Translations under genes and position numbers: made by a program
Assembly: GCF_006345805.1 (NCBI RefSeq)
Contig: NC_042999.1
Coordinates: forward strand, 20,894,001-20,958,000
Direction: 5' to 3'
Source: Octopus sinensis
Lineage: Eukaryota
Length of the DNA stretch: 64,000 bases
The notes under the pieces: generated by a model
What the model was told of the DNA's origin: nothing
Databases searched by the model: none
What the model saw: the letters and a program-made list of their open reading frames with translations, nothing else
Part shown: positions 40,992 through 57,970 of the stretch, piece by piece
Numbering within the stretch: position 1 is the first letter of the stretch
Layout: every line of letters begins with the position of its first letter

Positions 40992-41251
40992 ATAATATAA
41001 TATATATATATATACTACGACCTCGAACCCACAAGAGTAAACAAGTGAGACAGAAACAGGCAGAAACAGGGAAAATGCCCCTTGCATTTGAACACTATGC
41101 AAATATTCTTTTAAGGAAACTTTTTCTTGTAATTCTTTCAAAATTTAGTTGTTTTCTGTACTTATTGTTGAAAAAGTCTCAATGTCTGAAACTGGAACTG
41201 AAATGTTTTGTATAAAATTATTTTAGCATTTTCTATCTTGACTGTTTTCCA

Positions 41252-41356
<105 letters not shown>

Positions 41357-42604
41357 TATATATATACATATATATATACATATATATACATACATACATA
41401 CATACATACATACATACACACATACATATATACACACACAAACATACATACATATATACATACATATGGATCGATGGATCGATGGATGAATATTCAGTGT
41501 AGATGGGGCGATAGATATTCTAAGACGTATAACATCTTGTATAGGAAATGATATGCGTTGTTGATGAGTCTAAATTCAGACACAAAATTAATTAGTTTCC
41601 GTTGACTGCAAGAATTACGACTTTATGTTATAATTGTTAGTTTAGTTGTTGATGTACAAATACATCTGGGTTATACCTGATCAGGTGCAACTCTGATCAA
41701 AGCCATATTAATCAAATCAATCTTATATTTGTTAAGTACACTACTTTTAACACCGCAATATATAATTTTGTTTGTGTTTGAAATAATGGGAAGAGAGTTG
41801 CCCGGAGATTTGACTGCCATTTCTCGCAGTTTAAATGTTTATGTAGATGTTTTCACACTTTTATCTGAGAGAATAGTTCTGTAGCTAGTTTACTTGAAAC
41901 GAAAAAATAAGAAACCGTAGAATTGGGAGCAAAAATAAATGATTTCAGATGTGAATAAAAAATATCCACGATTGATCCTTTTTGGCAATAACATTAAAGA
42001 GAACGAATATGATCGATTACCTTAACTACGTTACAACCAATATAAAGCTATTATGTGAGCTAATGTCTCCAGATAATGATTAATGGTGAATTTATTCACT
42101 GCAGGTTTTGAACGGATGAAGGGAAACACCGTTAGCCTTTTCGGTTGACATAATGTTTTGCTGACCCAAAACAGTGTTTTAAAAAGAGCACAGCAAAGAA
42201 AGCCAAAATTATAACTGCAATACTAGGACTGAGTTAATAATATTTAATCAATTCAATCATATATATATATACATATATATATACGCAGACAGAGCAGGGA
42301 GACATACATGTATACACACATACCCAAAAACATACTCTCTTTCACCCACAAATGTATATATGCGTATGTATTTCTCTCTCTATATATATGCCAAAATTGC
42401 AATAATCAATGCTCCTCTGCTATTCTGACGAAATATACTGTTACATTTAATTCTTAGGACGTAGATATAAGTTAGTCCATTCCGAGTGAAGTATCCCAAC
42501 TTTTGATCACTATTTAGGAATTCCAAGACTATATTGAGAAAGACATAAACAAAATTTTTCAGTTCACATAATATATGCATGGGTGTGTATCTATATATAT
42601 AATC

Positions 42605-43115
<511 letters not shown>

Positions 43116-43208
43116 ATATATATATGTATATATATATATTGGTAAAACGGTAAGATAACAAAAGAAAGAAAGAGACCTCAATATTATGTAAATAGAGGAA
43201 ATTTATCC

Positions 43209-43388
43209 ATAAAATAATATGTTACATTACTCGATAGTCAAGATAAAACTCTGAACTTCATTCGAAACTCTGAGATAGTGTTTTCAAATAGCCAGATAAC
43301 CGAAGAGATGGCGTCGTGGATTCCCACTTCGGCATCTGAAACTCAGAGTTTTATCTTGACTATCGAGTAATGTAACATATTATTTTAT
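43209..43388. repeat. 180-bp fold-back with perfect 46-bp inverted repeats
   Basis: ATAAAATAATATGTTACATTACTCGATAGTCAAGATAAAACTCTGA (43209-43254) and its exact reverse complement (43343-43388), which runs into (TA)n. Confidence 0.9.
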
Positions 43389-43404
43389 ATATATACATAT
43401 ATAT

Positions 43405-43480
<76 letters not shown>

Positions 43481-44344
43481 TTAAAACAAAAAGGGAGAAA
43501 ATGCTTTGAGGTCTTTCTGGTGAACAAATGTAAGAAGATATTTACATTTTTATCTTTGTAAACTACCGGTTTCAATTGCTTTTAAAACACGATTTGGTCA
43601 TATAAAATATCAGGAAATTTAAATTGAAGGAAATCGAATGAAACTTTCCTAAAATTACTTCTGGAAGTTCACATGCTTTTCCTACAAAAGCTATATGGTG
43701 CTGATTTACCCTTCAGATTTAACCTGTGCTATCCAGTAGTAATATTATACGTATTTCCATGTTCACGTTTGGCTATCTGTCGTGCGCAAACAGATAATAG
43801 AAAAGAATGGAGTCAGCAAGATGACATTCCTTCTGAATGTTGTTGGGTAGCTGTAACATCAGTAGTTGTCGCTGTTGGTCGTTAGAGAAGCGAACGGCGA
43901 CCTTATCAAGAGGAGAAGCAGAAATTCAGTGAATGTACTAGAGATGCGTCTTGATGTGTGTGTCTAAGTAGTTGCATCTTTTGTGGGTAATTTAGCAAGG
44001 ATTTCTTTGATGGTAGTTGTCTCTCTTTCTCTACCACAAGCATTTATACGTGGCTGCAATTTGACCCTGAATATTGATTTCTGTTGTTTCATTGACAAAG
44101 TGTTTTGTAACCGCTAAACTTATACAAATGGAACTTAGCATAGACTGATTTTTTCCTACAAGCACATGTGTCTACAGGTGTTCATGTGTTGTTTCTCTGC
44201 ATCTTCGCACTTTAATTTGCGATCTATGCAATATCATTCGTCATCATAATTAGTGTTCTCTATATCGAGCGTTATGGTTTCCACATCCTGTGCTTGTAAC
44301 TGTAGAGAGTAGATATTTAGATATACAATCGGTTATATATATAT

Positions 44345-44740
44345 ACTAGCAGTATCACCCGGCGTTGCTCGGGTTTGTAAAGAAAATAACTATATAAGCA
44401 TTTTTAGAGAGTTATAGCAAAAAAATAGCAAAAAAATGCATTAAAAATGGAAAAAAAATTATGGTAATTTTTTTTTAATCGTTGACTCATCGTAGACATT
44501 TTTAGAGAGTGACTTCCCTTATATAATAGCGAAAAATGCATTAAAATGGAAAAAAATGATGGTATTTTTTTTTTAAATCGTAGACTCATCGTAGACGCGC
44601 GCTAATACCCAGAAGGGCTCGATATGGATCACGACTATAAGATACCGGGTTTTGGGTAAACTGCACCGCAAAATGTGGGAGTAGTTAGGAATCTGAATCG
44701 TAGGAGACAGACACACAACTTGACTTTTATATATAAAGAT
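44345..44740 (+). mobile_element. Helitron-like element with internal ~100-bp tandem duplication
   Basis: ACTAGCAGTATCACCCGGCG start. CATTTTTAGAGAG...ACTCATCGTAGA occurs twice. Ends TTTTATATATAAAGAT. Confidence 0.65.
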
Positions 44741-45499
44741 TTTTTATTTTGAACAGTTGCCCTTGTTTCAAACATTTTCTCTGGTCCTTCTATATAACAC
44801 TAAAACAAATGCCACAATTTTCACCATTTTTTACTCCTAGTCCTTTTGTAATCCTTCAAACTTTGGCCATTACTAGTATTCTTTCATTCATTTGAGTTAT
44901 CTCTTGCTTTTTATGAGGCTATGTATTGGGAATATTTTGTTCAACCTGGAATCCTTTTTACGTATCAGTGTGTTGTGAAATATGAAGTACACTTGATGTT
45001 TTGAGGAGTATTGTGACTGGAAATATATAGTAGGAATGCTTCAGTTCCGACTTATTTGTTTTGTTTGTCATATTTTCTGAATACTGAGTTACACTATTTA
45101 TTAATGATGATGCGTAAATCTTGTCAAGTAATGTATCCTTCAATTCTCGTAGTTTTATGTCACGGATATTGCATTGGACTCAACTGTAGTAATCATTTTG
45201 GTTAGGTTATAAAATACATTTATTATAGCGTGACTCGAATGGCATAAATTAATTGGAATATATTGTTTGATAACTGTAGCAAAAGACCTTCTTGATTTGG
45301 TTACTGACATTTTTTTAATAACGATATTTAAAAAATTTGAGCTGGTTACGCTATAGTGAATTGAATACATGGTATTAATTCTATCGAGGGGTGTTTAAAT
45401 TCTTTTCATTTTTCTTTCATCTCATTGAATGAATCAATCAGAGTAGTACCGTTTCCACGTTTCTGTGTACACTTGGAGAAAGAGTTTCCATATATAGTC

Positions 45500-45760
45500 T
45501 TAGGGACTATTGGCTTATCGTAATCTCTATGTGGCAAAGAGAGGGCGGTTTTCGTCTGCATGCAGTTCCAAATTTCGTCCGCGTGCAGTCCCAGAAAGTT
45601 GTCACTGAATATGCCGTATTCAATGCATTACTTAACTGCATGCTTGTATATGTATGTTGCATCATTCCGTAGCGTTCCATTCTATTAAATTCCCTTGACA
45701 AACATTGGTAAGAGCTAACCAATGTGGGGTGATATGTAACATTATATTGGTTGCGGAGAA
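45500..45760. promoter_or_regulatory. Possible promoter (CCAAT-box cluster plus GC box)
   Basis: ATTGG at 45509, 45704 and 45746, CCAAT at 45719, GGGCGG at 45543, in repeat-free sequence upstream of a CT-rich tract. Motif evidence only. Confidence 0.25.
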
Positions 45761-47420
45761 AAATTCTAACCTCATAGACATATCTGCAGTGTTTAGTGTA
45801 TGTTATTAGGGACGGCATTATCCTTAAATTTCTATCGGGATTAAACTAAAAATGCAGGAAGAAAAGCAATGATTGCTGTGAGATATTTCCTTCAAGGGTA
45901 TTAAAATTTCTACTACAGTATTTCTGAATGCGACAACACAATGACATTTTCTTTGTTTTAATTATTAGCTAGCGCAGTAATATTTATCCTCATGACAATC
46001 ATCGTAATTACCATTAGCAGAAACAGCAGTAGTGGCAGCAGCAGTAGAGCAACTGAGACGTCGTTGTGGTCGTCGTTTCTACATCATCATCATCCTCTCT
46101 TCGTCTTACTTTTCCCTTAATTTCATGTCTTCTACCCCCACCTCCTTCTCTCGACCTCCACCTATTTCTCTCCTCATCTCATTCTCTCCTCTCCTGCCTT
46201 CTTTTTCTCTCCTCCCACTCTACCCCGATCCTTATACCTTCCTCATCTTCGTCTTCATCATTATTTGTTGCCAGTAATGTCACAATCGCTGTCAACCTCA
46301 TACCCTATTTTCCACCTACTCCTCCTCATTATCATCAATTCTTCATCAATAACGAATGTACCGAGAAGACAACAAATACACCAGGTTTGTAACTTTTAAT
46401 TATTTTCCTGTATTTTGTTTCTCTTTTGGTGTTTGTCTTTTGATTTCAAAATATCAACTATTTTTTCTTTTAATTTTTTTTCAACACCTTATAAAATATT
46501 TCTTTCTAACAATTATATTTAATCACGAATTTAATGTGTTCACGTAGATTTTGTTTGCGCTACCTTTTGTTCGTGCCTTCTATCCATTTTATTAACTGAA
46601 GCTTTACTATTCATAATATTTCCTTGTTGCAAAACTTGACAATGTTGGTCTGAGAAATAAACGCTAATATAAATCCTCATTGTCATTCACGCGGCTGTAT
46701 GATAATGGATATTCATTAGAGTCCTTAAGTCCGTACTCAGATTAGTGCAATGCATGTCTTCTCTTCTTTTGTTGTTTTATACAAATATCTTTTTCCTTCT
46801 CTCTCTTTCTTCCTCTAAATTCTTAATTTACAAAAGATTAAAATCATTCAAAAATGAGAAAATAATTATAAAAATAAAATTTCGTAATTATGTGTATTAA
46901 AAGCTAATGAATTATAAATCATTGCAAATTTTTTTTTCTAAATCGAAAAATATTATGCAAATGTTTATTTTTGTTTGTCTTTGTTACACAACATATATTA
47001 ATGTATTGAAATCTAACCGAATAGGTAACAACAACATCAACAAATTTAACAAAAATGCCTATTAACTCATTAGTTATTAGTACAGCAATGGTATAATTGG
47101 TTCAAAAGAAATTATAGTCTGAATTAACAAAATGTAAAATCATAAATTTCCTGAGTAAAGTAGAAAAGAATCGTTGAGCTAAGGACAAAATTAAACAGAA
47201 GCATCAAAATATCATCAATTTTCTTTAGATCTATTCGAGTAGCAGTCGAAATATTGTATATGTTCAAGCCTCTTAGCATTTATAATACAAATGATATATT
47301 AAGGGAATTGAAGCCAACCGAAAGTTTTGGCGAAAAAAATGCACAGTTCTATATATTATTCATTCAGTATAGCCAAAATATAGCCAAAATCGAAAACCGT
47401 ACATAGATACAGTATTATAT

Positions 47421-47636
47421 ATTTCTTTACTACCCACAAGGGGCTAAACACAGAGGTGACAAACAAGGACAGACAAACGGACTAAGTCGATTACATCGAC
47501 CCCAGTGGGCAACTTGTACTTAATTTATTGAACCCGAAAGGATAAAAGGCAAAGTCGGCCTCGGCGGAATTTGAACTCAGAACGTAACCGCAGACGAAAT
47601 ACGGCTACGCATTTCGCCCGGCGTGCTAACGTTTCT
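47421..47636 (-). mobile_element. Family A SINE, near full length
   Basis: Reverse complement of the 838-1050 copy. Confidence 0.9.
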
Positions 47637-47821
47637 AGAGACAGTATTATATGCTACGTCAACAGATTTGCATTTCCCCTGATATAGCCAGGAAGTGCAA
47701 ATAAAGGAAGCGTACGAATTGTTTACATAATTATATGAGTTAGATTAATTCAACACCTTGTTCTTTAAATTTTGGAATAGAACAATAAGTAGTTAGATAC
47801 TTAGAACTTACATTTAACAGA

Positions 47822-48284
47822 TTGGATCTTTTCGCTTTGACCGGCAGATTTTTATAATAATTTCTGGCGGTGTCATGTGAAAATATCACCCATAATTATG
47901 ACCTTAGTATCGATCTATTGCATTTCAATCTGTTTTAGGGTTAGGGTTAGAGTTATGGTTAGCGGTGGTGGAAGGGTATCTTGTTTTCTACAGAAATGTA
48001 AATAAACCCAATCTGTTTCTTAAACGAGGGACATTTTCATATGACACCGCCAGAAGATTTTACGGCAGAGAAAGTTTTCACCTCAATAGACGTCACTGAT
48101 TCGTTGAAATTGCCGAAATTGAAGAAAATATCTTACAAATATCTTGCAAACGACAGAATTTTCTCAAGAAATCCAAGAGAAAAATATATTTTATATACAC
48201 ATTCTACCAGTATACAAAGTTTAAAAGTGTTTAGTTACATGGAAATTATTATAAAAATCTGTCGGTCAAAGCGAAAAGATCCAA
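47822..48284. mobile_element. MITE-like element with nested inverted repeats and internal TTAGGG-like array
   Basis: Outer IR 47822-47864 / 48242-48284 (42/43). Inner IR 47862-47884 / 48033-48055 (22/23). TTAGGG-TTAGGG-TTAGAG-TTATGG-TTAGCG at 47935-47964. Confidence 0.75.
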
Positions 48285-48744
48285 CAGATTATATGCCGAT
48301 AAGTAGGTCTTTAACTTTTCTTAGTGGGCAAGATTCAGTTATGAATCGCCAAACTAATAAATAATCCCCAATGAACATAACTACCAATTTATAATCGTAG
48401 TTTACTGATAAAGTAACACTTGTCGAAAGAAACCAATTCCGGTATTCCTCCTCTTTCGACACACAGACACATACAGATTGAGAGAAAAACGCACACATGT
48501 ATAAATACATATAGATATATATGTGTGCGTGTGTGTGTGTGTATGTGTGTACGTGTGTATGCGTGTATGTTTTTATTCCTATGCTGGCCACCTGATTAGA
48601 TCGGTATTTGAATATCGATCTTATTCTTATTTGTATAAATTTATATATTTATTTCGTCGTTATATTCACTGCGGTGGTATTTTGACCATATCGCACGTGG
48701 AGTTTTAGCCGGACAATTTATACTGGTCGTCTGCCTACTATATA

Positions 48745-48805
<61 letters not shown>

Positions 48806-49597
48806 ACGTTCGTATATATATCTATCTATATATGTATATATATATATATATGTATGTATGCATCGATCTGCATTTCTGGGTCCTTCTACTACAAGCGGTC
48901 TAATGCTGAGTTTCGGAAAGTCTGTAACGCATGGCAAAAATACATTCGGATGTAAATGGGTTACATGTATGTGAAATAATCAAAATATATTATTTATACT
49001 ATATCTTTTTTTAGATATTTCCGTCAAAACTTACCAAGAGTTTAAAACTAGGAAAGTCGATAAAATGTACTGAATAATGATATTTGCAAAATATTTTTTT
49101 TTCCAGCTCAAACGTTTGTATTTGCTGAAAAATATTTTTTGGTTTTCCATTACCAATGCTGAAGCAACCAAATGTCACATTTAAAGTTGGAGTACCTGCA
49201 GCAGAAAAGAAAATACAAAACGAGTAAAATAAAGAAAATTGCGAATGGCCTTATAGTATATTTGCATTTCGTAGGAGTGAAAATATCGCATATTGCAGAG
49301 AGTAAGACATAATTCACTTTAATGCAGCAAATACGAACAACAAATAAATAAATATTGGCCATGTCAAAGACTAAAAAGAATAAAGAATATGAGATAAATC
49401 AAGTAGGAAAAATAGTAAACGAAAATTCTTCCTACTTGTTTACAAATCATATATGGTGTCTTTTATATTCTCTAATTTGCTGTATTTGTTCAAGCGCGGA
49501 GTGAAAATAAACATATGTACTGAAAGAGGCGAATTCAAACAGTTTCACGTATGTAACTTCAGTCTAAAGAAATGAGAGAAAATAATTTGTAAAAAAA

Positions 49598-49616
49598 AAA
49601 AATAATAATAATAATA

Positions 49617-49674
<58 letters not shown>

Positions 49675-49722
49675 GAGCTGCGCTCGGTAGTGAAGTGAAA
49701 GCACGCTATAAAAATAAAACTA

Positions 49723-49795
<73 letters not shown>

Positions 49796-49855
49796 TAATA
49801 ATGATAATAATAACAATAACAACAACAACAACAACAAAAATGATAATAACAATAA
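49598..49855. repeat. (AAT)n/(AAC)n trinucleotide microsatellites
   Basis: Direct reading. Confidence 0.95.
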
Positions 49856-50062
49856 TGGCAATAGTTACAAAATAAAATAGCCGTTGAGGCGGGTAAAATG
49901 CATTCTGACTCGTGAAGCAAATATATCTAAATTTGATCAGAAATGACAAATAACCTTTTGTTGTTCAAATTAATCAAGCGAGTAAATATGGAAAATCAAA
50001 ATATATTTTAGGTAAAATTGTCCATGGAGAGCAAATAACATAAAAAACATTACAGTGTGTGC

Positions 50063-50136
<74 letters not shown>

Positions 50137-50711
50137 GTATCGATTCATGTTGCGTCAGACGCAGTAGTTTTCATGTGCAAGCAAGATTCGCAGAATCTGA
50201 AAATTAGATTTTCAGCTACAAACATTGCTCTTACCTTCTCAATCAACAATCCTCATGTCATCATCATCATCATCGTCAGTGTACTTCTCACGATGATAAT
50301 CATGGTTGTGATAATGATGATGATTACTACCGCCACCATCATCATCATCATCAATATCAGGATCCATTGGAATATCGAAACTATGAGGTGAATTATGTTA
50401 AGAGAGCCTTCTACGTAGTCGACATCGACACGTTAGACACCCTAATGTGGTATACACTGGGTTGAAATAGTTCTGTTGTATGTTACAATTCATGCGATCA
50501 AGAAATAAAAATCTGGCTACAGGTACTGAATATCGAAAATTAACATGCAAGTGCGACAATTGATTACCTAGTTGATATTTTATAACGAGTAGCAACCACA
50601 ATTCCTCGTACTAACAAAGACTGTCTCGCCACTCGTGTCCTTTGGTGATATCTCTACCTATTACAACTGCTTCTAGCAGATACAGTTCTATATTTAAGGC
50701 ATGAGGAATTA

Positions 50712-50864
50712 CTTACATTATTTACATTATTTACATTTGAGGGATATTTATCCTCATCTTCTTTGTTGTTAACACAACGTTTCGGCTGAGATACCCTCCA
50801 GCCTTCATCAGGTGTCTTGGGGTAAATTTCGAACCTGGATTCTCATTCCTAAGGTCATTTTTGA

Positions 50865-50918
<54 letters not shown>

Positions 50919-50936
50919 TATTATTATTATTATTCA
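50712..50936 (-). mobile_element. Short (ATT)n-associated repeat carrying a hammerhead (Penelope-like, inferred)
   Basis: TTACATTATTTACATTTG...AACACAACGTTTCGGCTGAGATACCCTCCAGCCTTCATCAGGTGTC...(ATT)n. Confidence 0.6.
50771..50816 (-). ncRNA. Canonical minimal type I hammerhead ribozyme
   Basis: GACAC-CUGAUGA-A-GGCUG-GAGGGUAUCU-CAGCC-GAAA-CGUU-GUGUU. Five-bp stem I, five-bp stem II, all core nucleotides present, palindromic stem III (AACGUU), GUU cleavage triplet. Confidence 0.75.
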
Positions 50937-50972
50937 GATCACTTCTTGGAATCGAACTTGGAATCTTGGGGT

Positions 50973-51364
50973 TACTCTTTTACACTTTTACTTGTTTCAG
51001 TGATTTAACTGCGGCTATGCTTGAGCACCGCCTTTAGTCGAGCAAATCGACCCCAGGACTTATTCTTTGTAAGCATATTACTTATTCTATCGGTCTATTT
51101 TGCCGAACCGTTAAGTTACGGGGACGTAAACACACCAGCATAGGTTGTCAAGCGATGTTGGGGGACAAACACATACACATATATATACATATACATATAC
51201 GACGGGCTTCTTTTCAGTTTCCGTGTACCAAATCCACTCACAAGGATTTGCTCGGCCCCAGGCTATAGTAGAAGACACTTGCCCAAGGCGCCATGCAGTG
51301 GGACTGAATCCGGAACCATGTGGTTGCTAAGCAAGGTACTTACCACACAGCCACTCCTGTGCCT
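50973..51364 (-). mobile_element. Family B SINE
   Basis: Full-length homology. Confidence 0.85.
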
Positions 51365-51727
51365 ATTTTATCAACCCTGAAAGGATGAAAAGCAAAGACG
51401 GATTTCAATGGAATTTAAAACCTTTGGATAATAAACACCCACGGTACGAATTGGTTATCTTTTACACACATCTGAAAATTTTGCAAAATACTATCTGAAA
51501 TAACAAACATTTCAGAATCCAATGACATCCAAGCAAATTCTACTGAAAAGCAACACTGACTGAACAATAAAATGGTAGATGTGCATTGAATGTGTTATAT
51601 GTGTTTAATGGTATTTGTTGTGACATATTTTGCAATGATTATTTCATTTCACCTGAATATCACCAGCTTTCAAATGTGTTTCCCTTTTTTTTCCAGAAGT
51701 GAATATAAGGACACTATGCCGTTACAG

Positions 51728-52385
51728 GTGGAGGCGCGTGGCTTAGTGGTTAGGGTGTCAGCATCATGATCGTAAGATTGTGGTTTCGATTCCTGGACTG
51801 GGCGACGGGTTGTGTTCTTGAGCAAAACACTTCATTTCAGGTTGCTCCATTCCACTCAGCTGGCTAAAACGAGTTTCGCTGCGATGGACTGGCGTCCTGT
51901 CCAGCTGGGGAACACATACGCCCTAGAAACCGGAAAACCGGGCCCATATGCCTGGCTAGGTGTTAAAAGGGCGCATTTAAATATTTTTTGCCGTTACAGT
52001 AGCAAAACGATTACATCATGTAATTACTCTTTCCTTTCTATGTGCACACATTTTTACATTTAATATCGTCTTCAGTAATACTTAAAACGAAACACTTTGG
52101 ATGAGAATATGCACCCTTATTAATGCATAAATTATTCAACATTATCCTGATTATCCTACTTTTGGAATGTTTAGTGTACAGTTGTAAGATTGTGGTTTCG
52201 ATTCCTGGACCGGGTGACGTGCTGTGTTTTTGAGCAAAACACTTCGTTTCATGTTGCTCCACTTCACTCAGCTGGCAAAAATGAGTAATGCTGCGATGGA
52301 CTAGCGTCCAGCCCACCTGGGGAACAAATACGCCATTGAAACCGGGAAACCGGACCCATGAGATTGTCTACGCTGTAAAAGGGCA
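51728..52385 (+). mobile_element. Two family C SINE copies (51728-51980 full, 52180-52385 5'-truncated)
   Basis: GTGGAGGCGCGTGGCTTAGTGGTTAGGGTG...GTAAGATTGTGGTTTCGATTCCTGGAC. Confidence 0.85.
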
Positions 52386-53112
52386 AGGGTAAAAACTCAG
52401 ATTATCTCGCCATGATGTATAACTGTACCGTAACCTTGTTAAGTATAATATGTCAGCTCGATGCGGGTACATCATTATTTTAAACAAATCATCAAAGGAC
52501 ACGAGAGGTAAGACGATGTTGGTTAGCACGAGGAATTCTGGTTGCTACTCATGATAAAATATCGACTAGCAAATGAGTTGTCGCACCTTCATGTTAATTT
52601 TCGATATTCAGAAACTGAAGGGAGATTTTATTTCTTGATCGCATGGAAACTAACATTTAACAGAACTGTTACAACCCAGCGCATAACACACGAGGATGTC
52701 AACATAGCAACATAACATTCATTGCATAACATAAGTCGTTTATTAAATGTTTACCAATGTAAGAATTGAAAAAGCTTAAGTGTTTAATGAGCCAATTCAC
52801 GAAGTCCGAATGAGTATAATTTATTCGTAAATTATAAAACATGTTTATTACCAACAGACATGCGCACGCCCACATGCATACACACACATATATACATACG
52901 TAGGTGTCACATTAAGCGTATATAAAACTTGGATAATTTCAAGTACGAGAAAATAATACATTTTATTGAGAATATTTTCGTATAATATATCGAAATTGAA
53001 GACAAAATACGATGTATTTCCATAACAAACAGATTTAAAAACATTAGGCATATAATTATATGTATACTTACACATAACTGTGTTTATGTTTGTGTATGAG
53101 TGTGTATGTGGG

Positions 53113-53206
<94 letters not shown>

Positions 53207-53211
53207 CATAC

Positions 53212-53242
<31 letters not shown>

Positions 53243-53265
53243 CATATATTATACATATATATATA

Positions 53266-53304
<39 letters not shown>

Positions 53305-53327
53305 CATATATATATATATATACATAC

Positions 53328-53372
<45 letters not shown>

Positions 53373-53390
53373 TATATAATATATAATATA

Positions 53391-53422
<32 letters not shown>

Positions 53423-53437
53423 CATATATATATATAC

Positions 53438-53482
<45 letters not shown>

Positions 53483-54275
53483 GTATGTGTGTATATGCAT
53501 GTATATACGTCTGTATGTCGGTATGTATGCATGTATGTATGTATATATGTATGTATGTGTGCATGTGTGCATGTGTGTGTGTGTTTGCATGTCTATACAG
53601 GACATTATAAATTGAGAAGAAAACGAAACGGAAACAAGATATATTGTGAATTTAAAACCTTCTAATTCTCAATCTGAAATTGATTAACAATAATTTTGCA
53701 TTAAATTACTCTTTAACTTGCTTTATGATATATATGCAATTGTGATTGGGTATTCATAATAGTCTAACGTTATTTTACATAATATCATTACACACGTAGA
53801 AACACACATGCAGACACAAACGCACATACGCACTCCCACACACACATATAAATACACGCGCTCATATACATATAAATGTACGAGTATATGTATGTGAGTG
53901 TGCAGATGTTTCCGGCTATAGATGCACTTGAGAGTGCGTGCGTGTTGGATGATACGTTGCAAAATGTATGCTGGCCCATGTGTATATTTATCATGTACGG
54001 TTATAATAACGCAAGATTACAGTCTAACATATGACGTAATATAGCTAATGTGTATATAAGTATATATATATATATATAATATATATATATATATACACAT
54101 ATATATGTATGAATAAATGTATATATGTATCTATGTATATAAATATATATATAAATACTTATATATATATACATATACATAAATATATATATATACACAT
54201 ATATATGTATGAATAAATGTATATATGTATCTATGTATATAAATATATATATATATATATATATACATTATATAT

Positions 54276-54328
<53 letters not shown>

Positions 54329-54433
54329 TACATATATAGTGGGGTAAACTGATATATGGGGCTACCCTAGGTTTCTTACTCATAAGTAGTTTAGCGTTAA
54401 GGCGTGCCACCAGATGTCAAACATATGTGTGTG

Positions 54434-54465
<32 letters not shown>

Positions 54466-54626
54466 CGTATATATGTATACCAATACATATACAGGCATGG
54501 TTTCGCAACTACACGGTTCCAGGCACCTTGGGCAACTGTCTTCTATTATAGCGTCGGGTCGATCAGATTTGTGAATGGATTATGTAGATGAAAATAGAAA
54601 GTAGCATGGCGTGTGTGTATATATAT

Positions 54627-57110
<2,484 letters not shown>

Positions 57111-57361
57111 TGTGTGTGTGGTGTGTGTGTGTGTGTTTGTGTGTGTCTTTGATTGTCCCCCCAACATCACTTGACAACAGATGCTGGTGTGTTTACGTCC
57201 CCGTAACTTAGTGTTTCGGCAAAACAGACCGAGAGAATAAATACTAGGCTTAAAAAGACTTGCTCGACTAAAGGCGGTGCTCCACCATGGCCGCAGTCAA
57301 ATGACTGAAACAAGTAAAAGAGTGAAAGAGAGAGTAAACAGAGTATATACATATATAAATG

Positions 57362-57431
<70 letters not shown>

Positions 57432-57434
57432 TAT

Positions 57435-57577
57435 TAGGAAGGGCATCCAGCCGTAGAAACATTGCCAGATCAGACTGGGCCTGTTGCAGCCTTCTGGTTT
57501 CCCAGACCCCCAGTTGTACCGTCCAACCCATGCTAGCATGGAACGCGGACGCTAAACGTTGATGATGATGATGATGT

Positions 57578-57626
<49 letters not shown>
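57435..57626 (+). mobile_element. 3' end of a retroposon with (GAT)n tail
   Basis: AGGAAGGGCATCCAGCCGTAGAAAC...CCAACCCATGCTAGCATGGAA..CGGACGCTAAACG followed by (GAT)n. Confidence 0.6.
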
Positions 57627-57931
57627 ACAAACATAAATACATGCATACATACAGTATTAGCAGTGATAGAATATGGTGTATAAAATGCACGCGAGCACAT
57701 AAGAAGCAACAGAGATTTCAGGTTCATTCATCGCATTTGCTGACTTCGTGAATGTTATATAATCCGTTATATAGAATAGAAATTAATTTGGTTTCGCTTA
57801 AAAGTTAAAATAAGCCGTAATGTTTGAATTTAAATTTATTAAAATAATTGCCCAGTGAGTGTCCATTTATAGATAGTGGTACGGCATGATGCATACATGT
57901 GTGTAATCTGTTTGATGTATATATTCGCATA

Positions 57932-57970
<39 letters not shown>

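Noticed and set aside
51728-51810. tRNA-like sequences at SINE heads (also 27.4, 54.7 and 55.9 kb)
   Set aside because: They have A/B boxes but continue into SINE bodies and lack a complete cloverleaf, so they are not tRNA genes.
54097-54250. ~100-bp tandem duplication inside a TA-rich tract (similar case near 32.9-33.0 kb)
   Set aside because: Ordinary slippage or higher-order structure within a microsatellite.
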